A stretch of DNA of 32,000 nucleotides from an uncultured archaeon. Its GTDB lineage: Archaea; Iainarchaeota; Iainarchaeia; Iainarchaeales; 0-14-0-20-30-16. A program made the translations under genes and the position numbers. Every line of letters begins with the position of its first letter. Positions within the stretch are counted from its first letter, which is position 1. The notes beneath the pieces are model-generated. The model saw nothing but the letters and a program-made list of their open reading frames with translations. It was not told where the DNA came from and did no database searches. Location: positions 1 through 32,000 of the forward strand of contig CAZQQS010000002.1 in assembly GCA_964595665.1 (NCBI GenBank), read 5' to 3'. Of this stretch, positions 1-8,292 are shown in pieces.

Positions 1-38
1 ATATTCTCTGATTTTTTAGTTAATGCTTTTTCATCCAT
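1..38 (-). CDS. 5' end of an unidentified gene that runs off the left edge of the window
   Basis: ATG at 38..36 is preceded by AGGAG (complement of 46..50) with a 7-nt spacer. The frame reads MDEKALTKKSEN to the window edge, which is too short to identify. Confidence 0.35.
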   Translation of the reverse strand, partial: MDEKALTKKSEN

Positions 39-220
39 AATTAATCTCCTGTGCTTCCATAGCACCCCGGCCAATTATATAATTAGAACATATATATTTA
101 AAAAAGAAAGAGCAAATAAGAATCTAAAAAATAATATCTATGCGCCTTTAAATGACACACGAAGTAAGATCTTTAAAGATAGGTAATAAAATTTTGATTT
201 TTAAGAAAAAATTTTATTAT

Positions 221-293
221 GACCCCTGTGGGATTCGAACCCACGACACACGGGTTAAAAGCCCGTTGCTCTACCAGACTGAGCTAAGGGGCC
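221..293 (-). tRNA. tRNA-Lys (anticodon UUU), no genomically encoded CCA
   Basis: The reverse complement folds by hand into a cloverleaf. Acceptor stem is GGCCCCT/AGGGGTC, D stem GCTC/GAGC, anticodon stem ACGGG/CCCGT with loop C-U-UUU-A-A. The variable loop is 5 nt and the T arm is GTGGG-TTCGAAT-CCCAC. The base after the acceptor stem is A, then T, so CCA is not encoded. Confidence 0.93.
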
Positions 294-398
294 ACAAAAG
301 GCCTTAAATAAAATCAGTTTATAATTATTACTTGTCATTAATATAATAACTTAAAATATATTTGCCTGCAAATATTTATAAAGGTTGCCCGTGATTTT

Positions 399-1328
399 AT
401 GTTTTTTCCTCAAGAATTTTTAAATAAGATGCAATTAATCTTAGGCGATAGCGAATTAGAAAACTTAAAAACTGCTTTAGATACGCATTTAAGAAAAAGT
501 ATTAGGATTAATACTTTAAGAGCCGATCCAAAAACAACTGTAAATAGTTTAGAAAAACAAGGATTTAAATTAGAAAAAATGCCTTGGTACGATTATGGGT
601 ATTTTATTTCAAATGAAGATAAAACAAAAAGAATAGGAAATACATTAGAACATTATTTAGGAAAAATCTATGTTCAAGAAACCTCTTCTATGCTTCCAGT
701 AATTGCATTAGATCCTAAACCAGAAGAACATATCTTAGATATGTGTGCTGCACCCGGATCAAAAACATCACAAATTGCAATGCACATGAATAACTCTGGA
801 TTGATAGTTGCTAATGAACCTTTAATACAAAGAATAAAACCTTTACAAGAAAATTTAGATAGATCTGGATGTATTAATGCAATAATTACAAGAAACGATG
901 GAAGAAAATTTGCAAACCATAAAGAATTATTTGATAAAGTTTTATTAGATGCACCTTGTTCAAGTGAAGGTACATTTCAAAAAGATATTCAATCAAGATA
1001 TGCTTGGTCTATAAACAAAGTTAAACAATTATCTATTTTACAAAAACAATTATTTGATTCAGCATATGTTGCATTAAAAACAAATGGAACATTAATTTAT
1101 TCTACATGTACAATGTCTCCAGAAGAAAATGAAGAAATTATTAATTATGCTTTAGAAAAATATGATCTAGAAATTTTAGATTTAAAATTTAAAGGATTAA
1201 ATACGAGTAATGGATTAACATATTACTTAGATAAAGAATTTAATAAAGAAATAAAAAAGAGTGTGAGAGTATGGCCCCAAAACACAAACATCGAAGGTTT
1301 TTTCGTGACGAAACTGAAAAAACTATAG
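399..1328 (+). CDS. RsmF/NOL1-NOP2-Sun family RNA (cytosine-C5)-methyltransferase, N-terminal and catalytic part
   Basis: SAM-binding motif DMCAAPGSKT, catalytic PC motif DAPCSSEGT and TC motif LIYSTCTMSPEENE are present. The N-terminus FPQEFLNKM...RKSIRINTL and the end VWPQ..EGFFVTKLKK run colinear with E. coli RsmF as I recall it. The frame stops at 1326-1328, just after an A6 run. Confidence 0.9.
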   Translation: MFFPQEFLNKMQLILGDSELENLKTALDTHLRKSIRINTLRADPKTTVNSLEKQGFKLEKMPWYDYGYFISNEDKTKRIGNTLEHYLGKIYVQETSSMLPVIALDPKPEEHILDMCAAPGSKTSQIAMHMNNSGLIVANEPLIQRIKPLQENLDRSGCINAIITRNDGRKFANHKELFDKVLLDAPCSSEGTFQKDIQSRYAWSINKVKQLSILQKQLFDSAYVALKTNGTLIYSTCTMSPEENEEIINYALEKYDLEILDLKFKGLNTSNGLTYYLDKEFNKEIKKSVRVWPQNTNIEGFFVTKLKKL

Positions 1329-1795
1329 ATCCAGATTACGAAGAATTAAATAAAATAACATCTAAAAAGATATTTGGTTTTTTAGACGAAGCTTATGGTG
1401 TTTTAGAAAAAGATGTTGAAGAATTAGTTTTCTTAAAAAAAGGAAAAGATGTTTGGATTACAAATAAAAGTGCCAAAAATTTTATTTCTTTTGAAAAGGT
1501 ATTAACTATTAATTCTTTAGGTATGCGAGCTATAAGAAATGCTTTTGATAAACCAAAAATCACAACTAATTTTGCAATTTTCTTAAATGATAAACTTAAA
1601 AAAAACATTTATGATTTGAATGATAAAGAATTAGAATTATTTACACATGGTTTTGATTTAGATTTAAATAATAAAGATCTAAAACAATATGTGGTTATGC
1701 GTTATAATAAACAAATTTTTGGTGTTGCAGTAGTTTCAGATAACAAAATAAAAAATCAAGTTCCAAAAGGAAGAAAATTAAAAAACCAAATTTAA
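1271..1795 (+). CDS. RsmF C-terminal (PUA-like RNA-binding) domains in the -1 frame; probably the continuation of 399..1328
   Basis: The tail YVVMRYNKQIFGVAVVSDNKIKNQVPKGRKL matches the RsmF PUA-like C-terminal signature (..[22 protein letters not shown] in E. coli RsmF). The only ATG is at 1271, 58 nt inside the upstream ORF. The frame has no ATG between the upstream stop (1328) and Met-84 (about 1520). Confidence 0.75.
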   Translation: MAPKHKHRRFFRDETEKTIDPDYEELNKITSKKIFGFLDEAYGVLEKDVEELVFLKKGKDVWITNKSAKNFISFEKVLTINSLGMRAIRNAFDKPKITTNFAIFLNDKLKKNIYDLNDKELELFTHGFDLDLNNKDLKQYVVMRYNKQIFGVAVVSDNKIKNQVPKGRKLKNQI

Positions 1796-1797
1796 AA

Positions 1798-2307
1798 TTA
1801 TAAATCTAAATATAAATTCCATAATTGACTATGATCTCTAAGATTTTCAGGGAATTCTTTAAATCCAAATTTTTGATAATATTCTACTAAATGATCTTCG
1901 CAATCCAAAGTAATTCGTTTAATACCATTCATTCTTGCCCATTTTATAAATCTATTTAACAAAACTTTACTTAAACCCAAAGATCCAAAAAAGTCAGTAG
2001 ATCTGGAAAATTCCCCTACAGCTAAACGATCTAAGTTTAAAACATCTCCAAAACTTGTAGCTTTAATACTCACAATATTTTTTAAATTGGGAGTAGAAAA
2101 TCTTAAAAAAACACTCGACATAAAGTCATCAATTGGTTTTTCAATAATAATAATTCGTTTTTCTAATTCTCGTAATAATTTTTGCTTTCTTGCAAACAAT
2201 TGTCTTTGTAATTTATTTGCCAATTCTTGAGCTTCTTCTTTTGATTTTATTTTGCCAAATTTATCTTCAAATCTTTTTAAAGGAGATTTATGAGGCATTT
2301 TGTTCAC
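1798..2307 (-). CDS. GNAT-family N-acetyltransferase with a charged coiled-coil N-terminus
   Basis: The C-terminal half FFGSLGLSKVLLNRFIKWARMNGIKRITLDCEDHLVEYYQKFGFKEF fits GNAT motif A/B (acetyl-CoA pocket). Its start shares a 4-nt ATGA overlap with the upstream small gene. Confidence 0.6.
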   Translation of the reverse strand: MNKMPHKSPLKRFEDKFGKIKSKEEAQELANKLQRQLFARKQKLLRELEKRIIIIEKPIDDFMSSVFLRFSTPNLKNIVSIKATSFGDVLNLDRLAVGEFSRSTDFFGSLGLSKVLLNRFIKWARMNGIKRITLDCEDHLVEYYQKFGFKEFPENLRDHSQLWNLYLDL

Positions 2308-2495
2308 TCATATTTTTTTAAACTTTTAGCTCGTTTTCCTTTAGACTCATCAGGATCTTCAGAAAAATCTACTCGATCTCCAACTTTAATTCCAGAAGCT
2401 TTTTTACTCGAAACAAAGTATTCTTGGCCATCAGCACCTTCAATCACAACAAATTTCTTTGCTAAATTTCTAACTTTAATTATCCCTTCAGTCAT
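2304..2495 (-). CDS. Small cold-shock-domain-like (OB-fold-like) protein, tentative
   Basis: From the ATG at 2495 it reads MTEGIIKVRNLAKKFVVIEGADGQEYFVSSKKASGIKVGDRVDFSEDPDE. This is colinear with the CspA layout (G-I-V-K, KGFGFI, DG..VFVH.S, EGQKVSF), but the RNP aromatic residues are degenerate. The track start at 2549 is a TTG with a poor RBS, whereas ATATAAATATAT lies 10-25 nt upstream of 2495. Confidence 0.55.
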   Translation of the reverse strand: MTEGIIKVRNLAKKFVVIEGADGQEYFVSSKKASGIKVGDRVDFSEDPDESKGKRAKSLKKYE

Positions 2496-2541
2496 AAAAA
2501 AACCTAATATATTTATATCACAGATATTAATAAATGTTTGT

Positions 2542-3753
2542 TTAATCAATTAACTCTTCATTTTTGATTTTAGATAAAAATGTAAATCCCAAAGCTAATA
2601 AGCCCATAATTATAAATAAAATCATTTTTGAAAATTCTGAAAAAAATCCTATACTATATTGAATAATTGAAACAAATAAAAAAATAATCATTGATATTAA
2701 AGATAAGATTGTTGCTCGCTTATAAGATGGGATATAATAATTTATATAATTTAATAATAACGGTTTTCTTGCCAAACCAAAACTCGCACCAAGAATTATA
2801 AATATTAATAATAAATATAAATTTGAAGAAAAAGCAATTACAAAATACATTATTGCAACAAATATTCCAGAGAAAATTAAAAAAATCTTTTTAGAATAAA
2901 AAAACTTTTCAAAAAAATTAAAATTATTCATTAAAATAATTGCCAATATTAACCAAGCAGAATAAATAAAACCCATATAAAACAAACTCAAATTTAATTC
3001 TGTAAATACCTCTTGATAAATCCAGATTATAGGATAAATTAAAACTTGTATTGCAACTAAATTAATAATCAATTTAAATAGTGCTAGATTTGAAATTAAT
3101 AACTTTAATTCTGATTTATAATTCTTAAAATAGTAATCCCAGCTTACAGGATTTTCAATTTTTGCTTCTTTTAAAGTTATAACAATTAAAAACGCAATTA
3201 CATATGGAAACACCATTAAATACATTACAATTTTAGGACTTAATAAAGAAGCTAATATTCCTCCTAAAGGAGTAGCAATTAATACTCCAAAAGATGAAAA
3301 ACTTTCTAATCTTCCAAAAACTGTTTTAGATTTGTGTACATCATCTACATTTCTTAAAGTATCATAAACCAACGCTTCATCTGTTCCTGAAAATAATACA
3401 AATGAAAGTGCCCAAAAAAATTCAGCAATTAGAAAAACCCAAAAATTATTTGTTAAAGCATACAAATAAACTGCAAAAGCATTTAATATTGTTGCCACTA
3501 TTAAAGTTTTTTTTCGTCCAAAATAATCTGCAATTATTCCAGAAGGTATTTCTAATAAAAATATACAAATAGTATAAAATGCTTGCGCATACATTAAATA
3601 TTTAAACGATAAACCAGCATCAATATAAAATGCTAAAAATATTGGTCCTAATAAATAAATGCTTATAAAAATCCTAAATAAGTACAATTTCCAAATATTA
3701 GCATACAAATTAATTTTGTCTTTAGACATATTTGACAAATCCATAAATATCAC
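2542..3753 (-). CDS. MFS-type transporter (about 12 TM segments)
   Basis: It is hydrophobic throughout, and a loop motif DYFGRKKTL resembles the MFS G-R-[KR] signature. The start is either GTG at 3753 (4-nt overlap with the xpd stop) or ATG at 3744. Confidence 0.7.
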   Translation of the reverse strand: MIFMDLSNMSKDKINLYANIWKLYLFRIFISIYLLGPIFLAFYIDAGLSFKYLMYAQAFYTICIFLLEIPSGIIADYFGRKKTLIVATILNAFAVYLYALTNNFWVFLIAEFFWALSFVLFSGTDEALVYDTLRNVDDVHKSKTVFGRLESFSSFGVLIATPLGGILASLLSPKIVMYLMVFPYVIAFLIVITLKEAKIENPVSWDYYFKNYKSELKLLISNLALFKLIINLVAIQVLIYPIIWIYQEVFTELNLSLFYMGFIYSAWLILAIILMNNFNFFEKFFYSKKIFLIFSGIFVAIMYFVIAFSSNLYLLLIFIILGASFGLARKPLLLNYINYYIPSYKRATILSLISMIIFLFVSIIQYSIGFFSEFSKMILFIIMGLLALGFTFLSKIKNEELID

Positions 3754-5549
3754 ATTTGTTTTATAAAATTTTGAAATTTCATAGAATCATATTTAGTAAT
3801 ATTATAATCTAAAGGAAATAAAGGTTTATATTTAGGCCAAGCAAATCTTTTATCCAAAAGCAAAATAAATGCTTTATCTGTTTCAGATCTTATGCCTCGT
3901 CCACAAGCTTGAACAACTTTAGATATTGTAGGATACAAATAAGCATAATTCCAACCCTCTAATTTTTGTGCATCATAATATGCAATTAAAGCATTCATTT
4001 CTAAATCTGGTTCTGGAAACGGCATTCCAACCATTATTATACCAATTAAATCATCTCCTGGATAATCTACACCCTCTGAAAATGATCCTCCAACAACAGC
4101 AAATAATACAGAACCAAAACCAATTTTATTTTTTTTGAAATTATCAATTAATCTTTGCATTTGCACTTGAGTTAAATTTTTTTCCTGAACATAAATCTTT
4201 TTAATTAATTTTTCAGAAACTCTTAAATAAACACTTTGTAAAACATCATAACTTGGAAAAAAAACAGCAATATTTCCTGAAACTCTATTTGTTACATTAA
4301 CAATTATATCTGTAATTTTAGGAATGCTTTCTTTTCTTAATTCGTATTTTGTTGTAACATCATCAACATATTGGATTAATTTATTTTCTTTTGGAAATGG
4401 ACTTTCATATTGTTTAATATATGGGTTTTTTATTCCTAATAAATCAACATACATTTGCATTGGAGAAAAAGTTGCACTCATTAAAATACTTGCAAAAGCA
4501 TCATTAAAAATATCTTTAGATAAATAACTTGGATCCAATCCTTTAATAGAAATTGTATCTTGATTTTTAAATCTTGTTTTTACTTTTTTATCTTCTAACC
4601 ACGAAGCCATAAATCCAGCAATTTTATACAAATAAGGTTTTTTCTTTTCAGATTCTAAAATAAAATCTCCTGCTTTAATTAAACTATCATAAATCTCTTC
4701 ATTCAAAAATAAAAGATCAAAATAATTTTCATCTATAAAACCATTATTTAACTTATCAAACATATATTCAAAAGTTTCTAAAAATTCAGTAATATCATAC
4801 AAATTAGTTTTGGGACTCTTATCCCATTCCTTTTGAGCATAATTAATTTGTTTATTAGATAAACTATCTGATAAAATAGTTCTTAATCTATTTGGCAAAT
4901 TATGAGCTTCATCGAAAATAAATACACAATCTTTTAAAGATAATTCTAAATTATTGAATAACGAAGTTCTAATTTTATTTACAAAAATATAATTTACATC
5001 ACAAACAATTAATTGCGCTTTTTTTGCAATTGCTATGCTTGATGCATACGGACAAACCTCAAATTTTAAACACAATTCTCGCAATTCATTATGATGCATA
5101 GCGTCTGTATGTTCGGCAATTAATTTGTCTAATAATTTATTTTTAAATGGACCTTTACCTGTTGCATTTAAATATGGCAAACACGCTTGATTCTTAACTT
5201 TTTTTTCACATAATTCATAAAATTCAGGACCCAACCCAAATAAAAAAGGATCAATACACAAATTACTTTTTGAAACTAAATCTACAATTTTAAAATTTTT
5301 ATTAAATTTTTTATTTATTCCTTTTATTGTTTCTATAACTATTTTATGTTGGGAATTTTTAGGAGTTATAAAAAAAACTTTTTTATTATTTTTTTCTGCA
5401 AATTCTAAAACTGCAGATAAAGACGCATCAGTTTTTCCTAAACCTGTAGGCGCTTCAAATAAACCTGTAAATCCATTTTCTAAAGAATATTGAATATCTT
5501 TAATTAAAATATCTTGGCTTTTACGTAATTTATCATGTCTAAAATACAT
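3750..5549 (-). CDS. xpd: XPD/Rad3-family (DinG-like) superfamily 2 DNA helicase with an FeS-cluster domain
   Basis: Walker A APTGLGKT and DEAH box FDEAHNL are present. A cysteine cluster lies between them (NLCIDP, ELCEKKVKNQAC, EVCPY). Motif VI is VQACGRGIRSETDKAFILLLDKRF. Confidence 0.9.
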   Translation of the reverse strand: MYFRHDKLRKSQDILIKDIQYSLENGFTGLFEAPTGLGKTDASLSAVLEFAEKNNKKVFFITPKNSQHKIVIETIKGINKKFNKNFKIVDLVSKSNLCIDPFLFGLGPEFYELCEKKVKNQACLPYLNATGKGPFKNKLLDKLIAEHTDAMHHNELRELCLKFEVCPYASSIAIAKKAQLIVCDVNYIFVNKIRTSLFNNLELSLKDCVFIFDEAHNLPNRLRTILSDSLSNKQINYAQKEWDKSPKTNLYDITEFLETFEYMFDKLNNGFIDENYFDLLFLNEEIYDSLIKAGDFILESEKKKPYLYKIAGFMASWLEDKKVKTRFKNQDTISIKGLDPSYLSKDIFNDAFASILMSATFSPMQMYVDLLGIKNPYIKQYESPFPKENKLIQYVDDVTTKYELRKESIPKITDIIVNVTNRVSGNIAVFFPSYDVLQSVYLRVSEKLIKKIYVQEKNLTQVQMQRLIDNFKKNKIGFGSVLFAVVGGSFSEGVDYPGDDLIGIIMVGMPFPEPDLEMNALIAYYDAQKLEGWNYAYLYPTISKVVQACGRGIRSETDKAFILLLDKRFAWPKYKPLFPLDYNITKYDSMKFQNFIKQM

Positions 5550-5554
5550 ATTAA

Positions 5555-6415
5555 TCAGCCCAAAATTAAATTAGTTTCAATTAATGCGCCAAATAATAAA
5601 CAAATTATTGCTACACTTAAAATAATCCCCAAATCTAAAATAATTCTTTTCAAGTTAGATTTTACTTTAATATAATGCCCATGCAATATTGCTGAAATTA
5701 TTCCTCCAACTACTGCCGCTAAAAAATATGCCGATAATTCAAATAAACCGTGAGGTAACAATCCCAAACTCAAAAATGAACCATGTACTATAGCTAATAC
5801 ATGTGCATACGCACCTTTACTAATATATGTTGGCAATATTGCTAATATTTTTGTACCAACTACTGCTCCAAAAATAGATGCTTGATAAACTATAATAAAT
5901 AAAGCTCCAACTCCAAAAATAAATGAAAATAATAATATTGCAAATAATACCCCTAAATTATTTAAGAAGATATATCCAAACAAACCAGAAGGTGAATTTA
6001 AATACAAGTTTCCAGAAACATTTATTGATGCTCGCAAATTATCTATATTCGATAAAGTATCTACTTGCTCTTTGAAAACTATATTTCTATAATCTGTAGG
6101 TAAAAATACAAATAACAAAGTAAAAACAATTACTAAAACAGCAAATATTTTAAAATAAATCTCAATAACAAACAAATATCTTCTAAAAAAACTCGTTTCT
6201 TTTGATAAAACTACTTTTTCAGTATTGTAAAATACTTTTATTAAAAAATACATAAATCCCATAGTTATAAACGCAATAGATAAAATACTTGCATTATTTT
6301 CAAAAAATAAAACAGATACAAATACTGATAAGATCGCTATTAAAAACGTAAACCCTAAAAATAAGAATTTATTATCTAATAAGGCCTTTGTTGGGAATAT
6401 ACTTTCTAAAACCAT
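5555..6415 (-). CDS. SpoIIM-like (DUF95) integral membrane protein
   Basis: Multi-TM protein carrying the family signature LPHGLFELSAYFLAAVVGG. I prefer the start at 6415 (MVLESIF...), because the track start at 6499 would cross the divergent ndk start. Confidence 0.65.
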   Translation of the reverse strand: MVLESIFPTKALLDNKFLFLGFTFLIAILSVFVSVLFFENNASILSIAFITMGFMYFLIKVFYNTEKVVLSKETSFFRRYLFVIEIYFKIFAVLVIVFTLLFVFLPTDYRNIVFKEQVDTLSNIDNLRASINVSGNLYLNSPSGLFGYIFLNNLGVLFAILLFSFIFGVGALFIIVYQASIFGAVVGTKILAILPTYISKGAYAHVLAIVHGSFLSLGLLPHGLFELSAYFLAAVVGGIISAILHGHYIKVKSNLKRIILDLGIILSVAIICLLFGALIETNLILG

Positions 6416-6486
6416 ATCTAAATAATTACAGAAAAAATATAAACCCTTGTTTGTTAGATATATATACTTAATTAAAAGGTGATTTG
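6416..6486. promoter_or_regulatory. Divergent promoter region between the SpoIIM-like gene and ndk
   Basis: A 71-bp AT-rich spacer holds TATA-like strings (GATATATATAC, AAAAATATAAAC). AAGGTGA lies 4-5 nt upstream of the ndk ATG. Confidence 0.3.
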
Positions 6487-6963
6487 ATGCAAAAAACATT
6501 AGTTTTATTAAAACCGGATGCCATTCAAAGAGGTTTATGTGGGGAAATTATTCACAGATTCGAAAGAGCCGGAATAGATATCGTAGGTATGAAAATGGTG
6601 TGGGTTGATAGTGATTTGGCAAAAAAACATTATAGCGCACATGTTGGAAAAACATTTTATTTGGGTTTGGAAAAATTTATTACTGCAAGCCCCGTAATTG
6701 CAATTGTTTTTCAAGGAGTACAAGTAATCTCAGCCGTAAGAAAATTAGTTGGGACTACAGATCCTAGCAAAGCTTTGCCAGGAACAATAAGAGGAGATTT
6801 TGCACACCATACAAACGAATATAGGGATTCAAAAGGATTAGCAACTGCAAATTTAATACACGCATCTGGAAATCCTGAAGAAGCTGAAACAGAAATTAAA
6901 TTATACTTTACAGAAAAAGAATTACACAATTATAAAAGATTAGATGATGAGATTACCTTTTAA
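6487..6963 (+). CDS. ndk: Nucleoside diphosphate kinase
   Basis: LVLLKPDAIQRGLCGEIIHRFERAGIDIVGMKMV, GTIRGDFA, catalytic-His motif NLIHASGN and EAETEIKLYF are all present. ATG at 6487 follows GGTGA; the track's 6484 start is a TTG one codon upstream. Confidence 0.92.
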   Translation: MQKTLVLLKPDAIQRGLCGEIIHRFERAGIDIVGMKMVWVDSDLAKKHYSAHVGKTFYLGLEKFITASPVIAIVFQGVQVISAVRKLVGTTDPSKALPGTIRGDFAHHTNEYRDSKGLATANLIHASGNPEEAETEIKLYFTEKELHNYKRLDDEITF

Positions 6964-6971
6964 GTGAGAAC

Positions 6972-7406
6972 ATGTTGCCAATAGAACATTTAATATTAGG
7001 AATATTTCCAGCAATTTATTTTGTTGAAACTCAAAATATATATTTTGCATTAACTTTCTTTTTGGCAAATGTTTTAATAGATATAGACCATTATCTATTT
7101 GTAATATTTAAAACTAATTTTAAATTTACTAAATTTATGCACATTTACAAATTTTATAAAGAAAATAAAACAAACTTATTAATTGATGCAATATATGTTT
7201 TTCATACAATTGAATTTTTAGGAATATTGTATTTAATTTATTATTTGACAAAGGAAATATTAATTATTGCAATAATATTAGGTATAGTTTACCACATATT
7301 ATTTGATTTTATAGAAGTAATATATTGGAAGATAAGAAAAAGAAAAATACATTTCAAAAAAACATCAATAATTTATTATTTGATAAAAAAATTATTTGTA
7401 AAGTGA
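6972..7406 (+). CDS. Hypothetical small membrane protein (possibly a DUF457-like metal-dependent hydrolase fold)
   Basis: It has 4-5 hydrophobic segments and conserved-looking His/Asp positions (IDIDHYL, FHTIEF, YHILFDF). ATG follows GTGAG. Confidence 0.45.
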   Translation: MLPIEHLILGIFPAIYFVETQNIYFALTFFLANVLIDIDHYLFVIFKTNFKFTKFMHIYKFYKENKTNLLIDAIYVFHTIEFLGILYLIYYLTKEILIIAIILGIVYHILFDFIEVIYWKIRKRKIHFKKTSIIYYLIKKLFVK

Positions 7407-7410
7407 TGTG

Positions 7411-7815
7411 ATGGCTACACAAAAACCAGTAAGAAGAAAAAATTTTGGAACAGAATTTGAAAGAGAAAAATATTTTACTAAAAGAACTAGAAAAATAGAT
7501 AGATTACAAGAATTATTTGATAAAGGCGAATTTATTTCGGTTATTAAGAGAACTAAACCTTTATTAGAATTAGGAATTGCTGATGCCTATATTTTAGCAT
7601 TAAAAGCTTGTGAAAAATTAAAAGCAGTAAGAATTGCAGAAAGAATTGTTCAATTTGGATTAAGACAAGGTAGAATAAAACCAGAATTATTATCTGAATT
7701 ATTAGGAAATGTATATCTAAGTATAAATGATGTTGAAAATTATCACAGATTAATATTACAAGTTAGAGAAATAGAAAGAAAGAAAAAAGAAGCTTTAGAA
7801 AAGCTTACTTTTTAG
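7411..7815 (+). CDS. Hypothetical basic helical protein
   Basis: The ORF starts 5 nt after the upstream stop. I recognise no motif. Confidence 0.45.
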   Translation: MATQKPVRRKNFGTEFEREKYFTKRTRKIDRLQELFDKGEFISVIKRTKPLLELGIADAYILALKACEKLKAVRIAERIVQFGLRQGRIKPELLSELLGNVYLSINDVENYHRLILQVREIERKKKEALEKLTF

Positions 7816-8239
7816 TATTTTTTGTTGTTTTAGTTTCTAAATATTTTGGTAATTCATCTCTTTTTGGAGTTAACATGTGCCAATAGTTTCCAATATTATA
7901 AATAAAGAAACTAAAAAATATTACAACTAACCAAAACAATAATTCTGCTAATGGCCAAAATGAAACCATAATATTAATATTTGCATTATTTATTGTATTT
8001 CCAATTGCAACTCCAGTAGTTTTATAGAAATAATCTTTACACTCTAAAACTTCTGCTTGAGTTAATGATTCTTCAATACAAGGTTTTATTGTACTCAAAG
8101 CTTCCCAATTATGAAATAAATTTGCAAAACTTACTATAAATCCTATTAATCCTACAAAGAATAAAAATGTAGCCATTAATCTAATTATATTGAATGTTCT
8201 TCGATTATTACTCACATAAGGTATTGTTTGCCATCCCAT
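7805..8239 (-). CDS. Hypothetical membrane protein (2 TM with a Cys-containing extracytoplasmic loop)
   Basis: Two strong hydrophobic segments flank a loop with a CIEES...ECKDY cysteine pair. It lies downstream of 8293..9363 on the same strand. Confidence 0.5.
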   Translation of the reverse strand: MGWQTIPYVSNNRRTFNIIRLMATFLFFVGLIGFIVSFANLFHNWEALSTIKPCIEESLTQAEVLECKDYFYKTTGVAIGNTINNANINIMVSFWPLAELLFWLVVIFFSFFIYNIGNYWHMLTPKRDELPKYLETKTTKNTKK

Positions 8240-8292
8240 TATATCACCTTCAAATACCTTATATAAGAATTAATATTATTTAAATGTTTTGG

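Noticed and set aside
51-90. A GC-rich patch with a small hairpin (GTGCT-TCCAT-AGCAC followed by CCCGGCC) in otherwise AT-rich DNA. I considered an ncRNA fragment or a riboswitch-like leader.
   Set aside because: It is only a 5-bp stem lying between a TTATATAA box and the AGGAG/ATG of the gene that exits the left edge. It is most simply a short 5' leader, and it is too small to assign a regulatory class.
144-311. A plus-strand ORF of about 56 aa (MTHEVRSLKIGNK...) reading through the tRNA-Lys region.
   Set aside because: It is antisense to a well-folded tRNA gene and has no RBS, so it is spurious.
1393-1608. A 71-aa minus-strand ORF, representative of many other track ORFs lying antisense to or out of frame with longer genes. 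The others are 2290-2553+, 4324-4527+, 6535-6723-, 6711-6929-, 9392-9748+, 11243-11563+, 11932-12240+, 12295-12651+, 14593-14799-, 15079-15264-, 16650-16871-, 18697-18921-, 18836-19066-, 19603-19830+, 20488-20685+, 22553-22759+, 27096-27410-, 27906-28133+, 29203-29406+, 29912-30151+ and 30439-30654+.
   Set aside because: Each is fully embedded in a longer ORF that has clear family motifs or a better start context. Their translations are low-complexity Phe/Leu/Ile/Lys/Asn-rich strings, as expected from the antisense strand of AT-rich coding DNA. None has a convincing RBS.
6416-6499. N-terminal extensions given by the ORF track: 6416-6499 for the SpoIIM-like gene, 20075-20185 for the YdeI-like gene, 20607-20663 for the coiled-coil membrane protein, and 13793-13810 for PIN-CCA.
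   Set aside because: The extensions run into divergent promoters or neighbouring genes and encode atypical low-complexity residues. Internal ATGs give N-termini consistent with the protein families. Start choice remains uncertain without experimental data.
6935-7010. A C-box-like GATGATGA at the end of ndk (and TGATGA at about 15466), considered as C/D box sRNA candidates.
   Set aside because: No D box (CTGA) or C'/D' arrangement lies at a suitable distance, and both sites are inside coding sequence.
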